Shown: one piece after another, positions 45,966 to 54,441 of the stretch | Layout: every line of letters starts with the position of its first letter | How positions within the stretch are numbered: position 1 is the stretch's first letter | NCBI GenBank assembly: GCA_947166445.1 | Contig: CAMVED010000004.1 | Coordinates: forward strand, 2,617 to 66,616 | Source: an uncultured Mycoplasmatota bacterium | Lineage (GTDB): Bacteria; Bacillota_I; Bacilli_A; RF39; UBA660 | Direction of reading: 5' to 3' | DNA: 64,000 bases | Made by a program: the position numbers and the translations under genes | Notes under the pieces: model-generated | Databases searched by the model: none | Told to the model about the DNA's origin: nothing | What the model saw: the letters and a program-made list of their open reading frames with translations, nothing else

Positions 45966-46856
45966 ATGACATATACTTTCATTGGGGATAAAGATTATTT
46001 GGGGAGAGAAATAAATAAAATTTCTAAATCTTTTGCATCTGAGAACATAGTACATTTTGATCTTAATGAAGATAGTATTAATATGGCAATACAAGATTTA
46101 AATACTGTTGGTTTATTTGGAAAAAAACTTGTAATAGTACATAATATAGATAAATTAGATAATTCTGAATTATTAATTAAGTATTTATCTAATCAAAGTG
46201 ATAATACTTTGTTACTTTTGTCAGAAAAAGAACTAGATAAGAGAAAGAAAATAACTAAAGTTTTACAAGATAAAACTAATTATAAAGAGTTTTTAGATTA
46301 TAATATAGAAAGGGTTATAAAAGATAATTTAGATGATTTTAAAATGTCTTCTATGGCTATTAATTTATTAATTAATTATTGCAGTAATAATATAGCTAGA
46401 ATAGAAAATGAATTAGAAAAACTTAAAACATATAAGTTTCATGAAAAGGAAATTACTACTGAAGATGTAGAAAAACTGGTTAAAAAAAGTTTGGATTCTA
46501 CAGTGTTTAATTTAATTGATAAGATTAATTTAAAAGATAAGAGTAGTATTTTTAAAATTTATAAAGAACTTCTTGAAGAGGGTGAAACTGAAGAAAAAAT
46601 AATGTATACTATTGCCAATCATTATAGACTTCTTTTTCAAATAAGTGTGAAACTAAATTCTATGAGTGATGCTGATATAGTTAAAGAGTATAAGATGCAT
46701 CCTTATAGACTTACTAAATTGAAAGAGCAAGTTAATATTGTTTCGCAAAGTGAAATTTTAAATATATTAAAAAAATTAAGTGATATAGATATTGGAATAA
46801 AAAAAGGACAAGCAGATATCAAAAATTCAATGTTTTTGTTTTTTGAAGGTCTATAA
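45966..46856 (+). CDS. holA: DNA polymerase III delta subunit (HolA/YqeN)
   Basis: Start moved to ATG 45966 (GAGGTGGG upstream). About 296 aa. The overall pattern (…LFGKKLVIV…, ENELEKL, FNLIDKI, HPYRLTKL) fits the HolA family. Assigned by pattern only, so moderate confidence. Confidence 0.7.
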   Translation: MTYTFIGDKDYLGREINKISKSFASENIVHFDLNEDSINMAIQDLNTVGLFGKKLVIVHNIDKLDNSELLIKYLSNQSDNTLLLLSEKELDKRKKITKVLQDKTNYKEFLDYNIERVIKDNLDDFKMSSMAINLLINYCSNNIARIENELEKLKTYKFHEKEITTEDVEKLVKKSLDSTVFNLIDKINLKDKSSIFKIYKELLEEGETEEKIMYTIANHYRLLFQISVKLNSMSDADIVKEYKMHPYRLTKLKEQVNIVSQSEILNILKKLSDIDIGIKKGQADIKNSMFLFFEGL

Positions 46857-46913
46857 TTAGTATGTTATTTTTAATAAGTGTGGTATAATGTAATAGCAAG
46901 GTAAGGAGAGTGT

Positions 46914-47495
46914 ATGGATAAAGTTACACTTATAGTTGATCAAATAGTTAATTATATGGTTTCTTTTGGACCACTTGGTGGCTTTGTTTTAATAATGTTT
47001 GAATCTTTTTTGCCGCCACTTCCTTTAGGATTAATAGTTGGTTTAAATATGATTTCTTTTGGTCATGTGTTTGGTTTTTTACTTTCTTATTTTGCTACTA
47101 TCACTGGATGTATGCTTTCATTTTGGTTGTTTAGATATTTTTTTAAAGATAGATATATGAATTGGTTTAATGAAAAAAATCAAATAAGAATTAAAAAATG
47201 GATGAGTAAGTTATCACATATGAAGTTTACGACACTTGCAGTTTTGTTTGCAGTGCCACTTACACCAGCATTTTTAGTTAATATTGCTGGTGGTCTTAGT
47301 GATATTTCTATAAAAAAATATTTAACTGCTCTTATGGTTGGAAAGCCTGCGATGTTATTATTTTATGGATATATTGCAGTATCTCTTGTTGATAGTTTAA
47401 AGGATCCTAGGATACTGATAAAGGTTGTAATTTTATTAATAATAACTTATATAATAAGTAAAATAATAGAAAAAGTAGTAAAGGTGGAAGAATAG
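46914..47495 (+). CDS. TVP38/TMEM64 (DedA/SNARE-associated) family membrane protein
   Basis: 193 aa with 5-6 TM segments. Contains the FESFLPPLP motif and PLTPAFLVNIAGG. Confidence 0.75.
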   Translation: MDKVTLIVDQIVNYMVSFGPLGGFVLIMFESFLPPLPLGLIVGLNMISFGHVFGFLLSYFATITGCMLSFWLFRYFFKDRYMNWFNEKNQIRIKKWMSKLSHMKFTTLAVLFAVPLTPAFLVNIAGGLSDISIKKYLTALMVGKPAMLLFYGYIAVSLVDSLKDPRILIKVVILLIITYIISKIIEKVVKVEE

Positions 47496-48563
47496 ATGGA
47501 AATAAATTATATAATAATAGGATTATTGGTTGTTATAATTATTTTAGTTGTTATAAGCATCACTAAGAATATTAATGAAGCACGTATTACAGAAAGACTT
47601 GGTAAACTTGAAGTAGAGCTAACTAAAGAACTTGGAGAATTAAGGAACTCTCTTACAAAAGACTTTAATGAGCTTTCTGAAAAACAAGATAAAAGACTTA
47701 TAATGATGAATGAGAAAGTTAATGAAAGACTTGATCAAAATTTTGAAAAGACTAATAAGACTTTTACAAGTGTTTTAGAAAGGCTTTCTAAGATAGATGA
47801 AGCTCAAAAGAAAATCGATTCATTATCAGGTGATATAGTATCTTTACAAGGAATACTTACTGATAAGAAGACTCGTGGTATTTTTGGAGAAGTTAATTTA
47901 AAACATGTTTTATCTTCTGTGTTTGGAGATAAAAATGATAGTATTTATAGACTTCAATATCCAATGAGTAATGGCAATATTGTTGATAGTATTTTGTTTG
48001 CACCAGCTCCTCTTGGAACAATAGGAATTGACTCAAAGTTCCCACTTGAAAATTATAGAAATATGGTCGATAAAAGGTTTAGTGTTTCTGAAAGAGAAAA
48101 GTATGAAAAACTATTTAAAGCAGATGTAAAAAAACATATTGATGCAATTAGTGAAAAATATATTATTCCAGGTGAAACTACTGATCAAGCTATTATGTTT
48201 TTACCTGCTGAGGCTATTTTTGCGGAAATAAATGCTTATCATCAAGACCTAATAGATTATGCTTATAAAAGAAGAGTTTGGATAACTAGTCCAACAACTT
48301 TAATATCAACTCTCACTATTATTCAAATGATTATTAAAAATATGGAAAGAGATAAATATACAAGTATAATTCATGAGGAATTAAATAAACTTGGAGTAGA
48401 GTTTAATAGATATAGAGACAGATGGGATAAGTTATCTCGTTCTATTGAAACAGTTAGTCGTGATGTTAATGATATTCATACAACAACTGAAAAGATCACT
48501 AAAAGATTTGATTCTATAAGTAGAGTAGATATAGATAAGAAAGAAATAGAACATTTAGAATAA
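47496..48563 (+). CDS. rmuC: DNA recombination protein RmuC
   Basis: 355 aa. TM anchor, coiled coil, then the RmuC nuclease-like core (KTRGIFGEVNLKHVL, DSKFPLE, MFLPAEAIFAEI, SPTTL). Confidence 0.85.
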   Translation: MEINYIIIGLLVVIIILVVISITKNINEARITERLGKLEVELTKELGELRNSLTKDFNELSEKQDKRLIMMNEKVNERLDQNFEKTNKTFTSVLERLSKIDEAQKKIDSLSGDIVSLQGILTDKKTRGIFGEVNLKHVLSSVFGDKNDSIYRLQYPMSNGNIVDSILFAPAPLGTIGIDSKFPLENYRNMVDKRFSVSEREKYEKLFKADVKKHIDAISEKYIIPGETTDQAIMFLPAEAIFAEINAYHQDLIDYAYKRRVWITSPTTLISTLTIIQMIIKNMERDKYTSIIHEELNKLGVEFNRYRDRWDKLSRSIETVSRDVNDIHTTTEKITKRFDSISRVDIDKKEIEHLE

Positions 48564-48630
48564 TAAAAAACAATTAAATATATTGATTTTTATCAAAAAT
48601 AGTGATAAATTATTAATGTATTTAATTTTT

Positions 48631-48705
48631 GCGGATGTGGTTTAATGGTTAGAACATGGCCTTGCCAAGGCTAGGATGGGAGTTCGATTCTCCTCGTCCG
48701 CTCCA
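48631..48705 (+). tRNA. tRNA-Gly (anticodon GCC)
   Basis: 75-nt cloverleaf folded by hand. Acceptor GCGGATG/CGTCCGC, D-stem GTTT/GAAC, anticodon stem TGGCC/GGCTA with loop TTGCCAA, T-arm GGGAG-TTCGATT-CTCCT, discriminator T and an encoded CCA. Confidence 0.9.
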
Positions 48706-48714
48706 TTGTAATTT

Positions 48715-48739
48715 AAGAACTTTTATAGTTCTTTTTTTT
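48715..48739 (+). terminator. Rho-independent terminator after tRNA-Gly
   Basis: AAGAACT (48715-48721), loop TTTAT, AGTTCTT (48727-48733), then a T-run. Confidence 0.6.
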
Positions 48740-48766
48740 GTGATATCATATTTATAGGTGATATAT

Positions 48767-50173
48767 ATGAATGTTGATGAAAAGTATGAAAGATTATTAG
48801 AACTATTTGAAGAGATTTCTAAAATTCCTAGAAATTCAAAAAACGAAAAGGAGATTGCATTATTTGTATGCGATTTTGCCAAAAAACATGGACTTGAATA
48901 TAAAATGGATGATTACTATAATGTTATAGTTAAAAGATCTGCAGATATTGGTATGGAAAATAAAAAGAGTATAATGTTTCAAGCACATTTAGATATGGTT
49001 TGTGAAAAAACTCTTGGTAGTACTCATAACTTTGATATTGATCCTATTGAAATTATAAAAAATGATTTTTTATATACTGCTAAGGATACAACACTTGGTG
49101 CTGATGATGGGATTGGTGTTAGTACTTTGCTTTTACTTATGGAGTCAAATGATATTAAACTTCCTCTTACTTATTTTGTATTTACTACTCAAGAAGAGAT
49201 TGGTATGGATGGTGCTAAAAACATTGATTTAAGTGATGTTGATACTAACTATTTAATAAATCTAGATAGCGAAGAGGAAAATTCAGTTATTGTTGGATGT
49301 GCTGGAGGTGTTACACTTTATTTTGAAAAAGAAAATCATTTATTTGATATAAATGATCCAGTATATCAAATTGAAATATCTGGATTAAAAGGTGGACATT
49401 CTGGCGTTGATATCGATAAAGGTAGGGAAAATGCTATTTGTTTGAATGCTAAGATATTATCTTCTTTATCAAATGTTCATTTAATATCTTTTGATGGAGG
49501 TACTAAAACAAATGTAATACCTGGTAGTTCCAAAGTTGTTTTTTCTACTAAAACGGAAAATATTGAAGATGCTGTTAATTCAGTTATTGAAAGTATTAAT
49601 TTTTGCCCTGAAGATAGGGATGCTAAAATAAACGTTAAAAAATTAGATGGTCAATTTCAAGGATTATCTGAACTTTCATCAAAAGAAATTATATCTTTAT
49701 TATTAGGATTACAACAAAATGTTATTTCTATGGCTGATACTGTTGAAACATCTGGTAATGTAGCAACTATTAAACTAGATAATGGATTAATTAAGCTTTG
49801 TGAATCTATGAGATCAAATGTAAGTGAACAATTAGTTTATTATAGAGATATGAACATTAATTTTGCAGATAGTTTAGGATTTGTTATAAAAGCTGATGAA
49901 GAATATCCAGGTTGGGATTACAATCTTAAATCAAAACTAGTTGATATGTATATTTCTGCTTATCAAACTGTTCATAATGGTGAAAAACCAATTGTCTCTT
50001 CAATACATGCAGGACTTGAATGTGGTCTTTTAAAAGATAAGCTTTCTGATGTTGATATAATTTCAATAGGTCCAGATGTAGAAGATGTTCATACTCCAAA
50101 TGAAAAGTTATATTTGAAATCATGTAGAAATCTTATATATACAATAATAGAATTTCTTTCTAAAATAGATTAA
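48767..50173 (+). CDS. pepD: Aminoacyl-histidine (Xaa-His) dipeptidase PepD, M20 family
   Basis: Start at ATG 48767 (AGGTGA upstream). Contains FQAHLDMV, LGADDGIG, TTQEEIGMDGA and GGHSG, the PepD/M20C pattern. Confidence 0.85.
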   Translation: MNVDEKYERLLELFEEISKIPRNSKNEKEIALFVCDFAKKHGLEYKMDDYYNVIVKRSADIGMENKKSIMFQAHLDMVCEKTLGSTHNFDIDPIEIIKNDFLYTAKDTTLGADDGIGVSTLLLLMESNDIKLPLTYFVFTTQEEIGMDGAKNIDLSDVDTNYLINLDSEEENSVIVGCAGGVTLYFEKENHLFDINDPVYQIEISGLKGGHSGVDIDKGRENAICLNAKILSSLSNVHLISFDGGTKTNVIPGSSKVVFSTKTENIEDAVNSVIESINFCPEDRDAKINVKKLDGQFQGLSELSSKEIISLLLGLQQNVISMADTVETSGNVATIKLDNGLIKLCESMRSNVSEQLVYYRDMNINFADSLGFVIKADEEYPGWDYNLKSKLVDMYISAYQTVHNGEKPIVSSIHAGLECGLLKDKLSDVDIISIGPDVEDVHTPNEKLYLKSCRNLIYTIIEFLSKID

Positions 50174-50199
50174 CGAACTATATAAAAGTTCGTTTTTTT
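50172..50199 (+). terminator. Rho-independent terminator after pepD
   Basis: AACGAACT (50172-50179), loop ATATAAA, AGTTCGTT (50187-50194), then TTTTT. Confidence 0.6.
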
Positions 50200-50224
50200 G
50201 TGATAAAATATTACTGGTGGTTTT

Positions 50225-50923
50225 ATGAATTATTATGAGTTATTAGGAATAAAAACTACTGCTACAGAAGAAGAAATAAGAAAAGCATATAAGGCTCAAA
50301 TGAAGAAATGGCATCCTGATATAAACAAAGATTCTGAAGCTGTTTCTATGTCTATGAAAATTAATGAAGCTAAGGATGTTTTGTTAGATGATGTTAAAAG
50401 AAAAGAATATGATAAGTATTTAAATGAAAAAGATAATATAACTTATAAGAGATATTCTGGAGTTAAGGCTGAATCATATAGTGATACTGTATATGAGAGT
50501 CAAATGGTTACAAAATGGGAATACTTTAAAGAGTATTTATCTAGTAAAAATATCAAATTGTTTAATAAAATTGTTTCGACAATACTAGTATCTCTTGAAA
50601 CAGTTTTGTGTTTTATGTTGAAATGGTTAATTATAATACTTTCTTTTATTTGCTTTATACTTAGTGATGCAATTATTTATCTATTTTATTATGCTTTACC
50701 TATTATAGGACTTTTATTATTGGTGGTCATATATAAATTAGTGGTTGGTGTTAGTACTAGTAATTTTGTAGAATTACGTGGATTAATAGTTTGTATAGGA
50801 ATTTATTTATCTAGTTATTTGTTTATATTTATTGGAAAGAGGCTGATTTCTCAAAATGTGTTTAATTTTTTATATAATAAATTGGATATTTATTTGTTTA
50901 AGAAAGCAGTATTTTATAAATGA
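50225..50923 (+). CDS. J-domain (DnaJ-like) membrane protein
   Basis: 232 aa. The N-terminal J domain YYELLGIKTTATEEEIRKAYKAQMKKWHPDINKD has an HPD motif. The C-terminal half has 3-4 TM helices. Confidence 0.7.
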   Translation: MNYYELLGIKTTATEEEIRKAYKAQMKKWHPDINKDSEAVSMSMKINEAKDVLLDDVKRKEYDKYLNEKDNITYKRYSGVKAESYSDTVYESQMVTKWEYFKEYLSSKNIKLFNKIVSTILVSLETVLCFMLKWLIIILSFICFILSDAIIYLFYYALPIIGLLLLVVIYKLVVGVSTSNFVELRGLIVCIGIYLSSYLFIFIGKRLISQNVFNFLYNKLDIYLFKKAVFYK

Positions 50924-50938
50924 TTTTTGGAGGTAATT

Positions 50939-51598
50939 ATGGAAAAAGGTAAATTAATTGTTATTGAAGGCGCTTGTGATGGAATAGGTAAAACTACTCA
51001 ATTTGAACTTTTAAAGAAAACGTTAGGAGAAACAAATGATATAATAAGTCATCATTTTCCAACTTATAATACTGATCAAGGATTATTAGTAGAAAACTAT
51101 TTAAAAGGCAAATACGGAAGCATTAGTGAAGTATCACCATATTTTGTTAATAGTTTATATGCTGTTGATAGGGCAGTGACTTGGTTAACGAAACTTAAGA
51201 AGTTTTATGATGAAGGAAGTATTGTTTTACTAGATAGGTATACGACTTCTAGTTTAATATATCAGGCTGCTATGATTGATGATTTAGAGGAAAGAAAAAA
51301 ATTTATTGATTATGTAGTAGATTTTGAATATAACAAAATGGGAATACAAAAACCTGATAGCGTTATATTCTTGTATGCTTCATTTGATTTAGTTACTGAT
51401 ATGAGAAAGAATAGGGCCACTAATGAAGGTATTCAAAATGATATTCATGAAAAAGATATTGGTTTTATGAAAAGAGTTTACGATAATGCTATGTTTGTTG
51501 CTGATTATCTCGGCTGGAATATGATTAAATGTGATAATGATGGAAAAATGCGAACTATTGATGATATTCATAAAGAAATATATGAATTATTAAGGTAA
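50939..51598 (+). CDS. Thymidylate-kinase-family nucleoside monophosphate kinase (Tmk-like)
   Basis: Start at ATG 50939 (TGGAGGT upstream). P-loop IEGACDGIGKTT and a DRY motif (LLDRYTTSSLIYQ). Substrate not assignable from sequence. Confidence 0.65.
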   Translation: MEKGKLIVIEGACDGIGKTTQFELLKKTLGETNDIISHHFPTYNTDQGLLVENYLKGKYGSISEVSPYFVNSLYAVDRAVTWLTKLKKFYDEGSIVLLDRYTTSSLIYQAAMIDDLEERKKFIDYVVDFEYNKMGIQKPDSVIFLYASFDLVTDMRKNRATNEGIQNDIHEKDIGFMKRVYDNAMFVADYLGWNMIKCDNDGKMRTIDDIHKEIYELLR

Positions 51599-51647
51599 GG
51601 AAGGTTAAAATGTAACTTTCTTTATTTTTTTGCTATATAGGTTTTTC

Positions 51648-51676
51648 TTGACTTTTTAATGTAAAAGTGGTACAAT
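51648..51676 (+). promoter_or_regulatory. Strong sigma-A type promoter (extended -10) of the two-sigma operon
   Basis: TTGACT (51648-51653), 17 nt spacer ending in TGG, TACAAT (51671-51676). A hairpin terminator at 51600-51620 separates it from the Tmk-like gene. Confidence 0.6.
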
Positions 51677-51707
51677 CTAACTTATTAAAAAGAAGGGGGA
51701 TAGCACC

Positions 51708-52829
51708 ATGAATTCTAATGTTGTTGATATGATAAAAGATTTATTAAAAGATAAGTCCTTATCTCCATATGATATTATAAATGATTATAGTATACGTAAA
51801 AAGTTGGATGAAATATTTGAGGATAGAGATAGTTTTACTACAAGTGAATTAAAATATTTTACTAGCGATAAAAAAGTTCAAAATGTAATAACATTATACT
51901 TATATGAAGAAGGTATTGAATTATTGGGAAATAATTCTTACGTTACTGGAATAGGTAATCCAGATTTAGATATACTTGCACTATATTTTGGTGACATAAA
52001 GTATATTCCACTGTTAACGCCTGAAGAAGAAAAACAATTATTTATTGAATTAGATAATTCTTCGAATCAAGATGAATGTGATGCTATCAAAGAAAAGATT
52101 ATAATTTCTAATCTTAGGTTAGTGGCTAAGTTTGCTACAAAGAATCAAAACAGAGGTTTGTCGTTACCAGATTTAATACAAGAAGGTAATTTAGGTTTAA
52201 TTAAAGCTGTCGATAAATTTGATGTTACAAAAGGATATAAGTTTTCAACATATGCAACCCAATGGATAAGACAATCTATAAATAATGCTATAGCAGAACA
52301 ATCTAGGAATATTAAATATCCACAACATATTCATTATAATTTACAAAGATTAAAAAAATTAAGGGCAGATTATTATAAAGAAACAGGAACACGTTTGTAT
52401 ATAAACAGTGAAGCGACAGTGGAAGAATATGCTGACAAAATGGGTGTAAAGAAAGATTTTTTAGAAAAATTGCTTAAACTTCCTACTACTATTAGTCTTG
52501 AAACACCAGTTAATATACATGATGATTTTATAATTCATGAATTACATGATTTTGTACCTGATGAATCTAAAAGTGGAGAAGTAGCAGCAGTTGATAAAAA
52601 GGAACAAGAAGAAATAAGAGAATTGTTAAATGACAAAGCATTTACTGAAAGGGATAGAATAGTTTTAATAAAACGTTATGGCTTATATGATAGTGAAGAA
52701 TTTACATTAGAAGAAATAGGTAATGAACTTAATTTATCATGTGAAGGAATAAGGCAAATTCAAAGAAAAGCTGAAAATAAGCTCAAAGATTGTGCTATTA
52801 AAAAGGGCTTTTCATATGTAAGAAGGTGA
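51708..52829 (+). CDS. Divergent group-1-like sigma-70 family factor (SigA paralogue)
   Basis: 373 aa. Region 1.2 (IPLLTPEEEKQLF), region 2 (NLRLVAKFA, DLIQEGNLGLIKAVDKFDVTKGYKFSTYATQWIRQ), regions 3 and 4 (ERDRIVLIKRYGL...TLEEIGNELNLSCEGIRQIQRKAENKL). Key recognition residues differ from canonical SigA. Confidence 0.8.
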   Translation: MNSNVVDMIKDLLKDKSLSPYDIINDYSIRKKLDEIFEDRDSFTTSELKYFTSDKKVQNVITLYLYEEGIELLGNNSYVTGIGNPDLDILALYFGDIKYIPLLTPEEEKQLFIELDNSSNQDECDAIKEKIIISNLRLVAKFATKNQNRGLSLPDLIQEGNLGLIKAVDKFDVTKGYKFSTYATQWIRQSINNAIAEQSRNIKYPQHIHYNLQRLKKLRADYYKETGTRLYINSEATVEEYADKMGVKKDFLEKLLKLPTTISLETPVNIHDDFIIHELHDFVPDESKSGEVAAVDKKEQEEIRELLNDKAFTERDRIVLIKRYGLYDSEEFTLEEIGNELNLSCEGIRQIQRKAENKLKDCAIKKGFSYVRR

Positions 52830-52834
52830 TTTTA

Positions 52835-54382
52835 ATGTTAGAAAAGATAATAAAACAGATAGAAAAAGAATTAAAAAATGCAGGATATAGTGAAACAGAC
52901 AATATAGATAATGGTGTTAAACTTGATATACTTGATAGGCCAGATTTAAAAAGAGCTTTAAACTATCGCTTTGCAAATCGTAATGAGGTTAATATAGAGG
53001 AAATACATAGTTTATCAAAGTATAGTGAAGTTAGAGATGTGATTGAACAACATCTTGAAGCTAACAATATAATCCTAATGGCTACAGATTATGGTGAAAT
53101 ACAAGAAAGCCAAGAAGAACAAGAAGATCAAGATGAGAGTAATAATGATGGTAAAGTAAAGGGTTATAGTAGAAGGGGCTCAAACATTATAACTCAGTAT
53201 TTTAATGAAATTACTAAGATACCACTATTGACTTCAGAAGAAGAAACTGAATTATTTATAGAAAAGGATAAAGTTGAGAAATCTTTGAATGCTATTGCTT
53301 CAACGGTTTGGAATATAATTATTAAAGAATTGAAAATTGATATAAATAATATTCCAAAATCATGTTTAAAAGATGTTAAAGATTTTTATAAGAGTCAGTC
53401 AGATGCTGTAAATAGGATTAAAAAGATTAATGACAAATTGCAAACTCTTGAATATTCTAATAGCACAAGTGAAGAATATAAATATTTAAAACTAGAAAAA
53501 GATAAATTGCATTTACATTATAAAACTCAAGAACTTGCAACTGCTAATAAAATTTGTAGAGATTTAGTAAAAGAGAAAAGTAGTGGTAACGCAAATATAC
53601 CAGTTTCATGTATAGAACTTATAAATGAGTATGAACCTATAGATGAAAGATATCAAGAAATAAAAGCAAGAATAATTGATGCAAATCTTAGATTAGTAGT
53701 TTCTGTAGCTGTTAATTATGCTTCGAAAGATGAAAAATCACTATCATTTTCTGATTTGATTCAAGAAGGAAATTTAGGATTAATGAAAGCAGTTGATCGA
53801 TTTGATGTGACTAAGGGATATAAGTTTTCAACATATGCAACATGGTGGATAAGACAATCTGTTAGTCGATCAAAAGCAGATAGTGATCGTACAATTAGGG
53901 TACCTGTACATATGGTAGAATCAATTAACAAGGTATATAGATTAAGGAATATTTTAACTCAAAAATTAAATAGAACACCAAGTAATCAAGAACTAGCAGA
54001 GGCATTAAATATAAGTGTAGAAAAGGTAGTAGATATTCTAAAATTCGGTCAAGAACCAGTTTCATTATATACTTCTATCGGCGAAGATGAAGATAGTTTT
54101 TTAATAGATTTTATACCTGACAAAAATAATATTACAGAAGAAGAATCAGACCAACTAGAATTGAATAGAGTTGTTATGGATATTTTAGATACTTTATCTG
54201 AGAGAGAAAAGCGTGTGATGATACTTAGATTTGGGTTAGATGGAAAAGATCCTAGAACTTTACAAGAAGTTGGTCAAGAATTTGGTGTAACCCGTGAACG
54301 TATAAGACAAATTGAAGCCAAGGCATTAAGAAGATTAAGACATCCATCAAGAGCGCAAAAACTTAAAGATTTTGTAAAATAA
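52835..54382 (+). CDS. sigA: Housekeeping-type RNA polymerase sigma factor (RpoD/SigA) with a long insertion between regions 1.2 and 2.1
   Basis: Start at ATG 52835; its AGGTGA RBS contains the stop codon of the upstream sigma gene. Canonical motifs are DLIQEGNLGLMKAVDRFD, YKFSTYATWWIRQ, RTIRVPVHM, EPVSL and FGVTRERIRQIEAKALRRLRHPSR. Confidence 0.85.
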   Translation: MLEKIIKQIEKELKNAGYSETDNIDNGVKLDILDRPDLKRALNYRFANRNEVNIEEIHSLSKYSEVRDVIEQHLEANNIILMATDYGEIQESQEEQEDQDESNNDGKVKGYSRRGSNIITQYFNEITKIPLLTSEEETELFIEKDKVEKSLNAIASTVWNIIIKELKIDINNIPKSCLKDVKDFYKSQSDAVNRIKKINDKLQTLEYSNSTSEEYKYLKLEKDKLHLHYKTQELATANKICRDLVKEKSSGNANIPVSCIELINEYEPIDERYQEIKARIIDANLRLVVSVAVNYASKDEKSLSFSDLIQEGNLGLMKAVDRFDVTKGYKFSTYATWWIRQSVSRSKADSDRTIRVPVHMVESINKVYRLRNILTQKLNRTPSNQELAEALNISVEKVVDILKFGQEPVSLYTSIGEDEDSFLIDFIPDKNNITEEESDQLELNRVVMDILDTLSEREKRVMILRFGLDGKDPRTLQEVGQEFGVTRERIRQIEAKALRRLRHPSRAQKLKDFVK

Positions 54383-54402
54383 AAAACCATTATTGGTTTT
54401 TT
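54381..54402 (+). terminator. Rho-independent terminator after the sigma operon
   Basis: AAAAAACCA (54381-54389), loop TTAT, TGGTTTTTT (54394-54402). Confidence 0.6.
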
Positions 54403-54441
54403 ATTTTGTTTTGTTATATAATTATTATAGTAGGTGATGTT

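Noticed and set aside
48649-48882. 77-aa minus-strand ORF overlapping the tRNA-Gly gene and the pepD start.
   Set aside because: It overlaps a well-folded tRNA, its terminator and the pepD 5' end, so it is an artefact of ORF calling.
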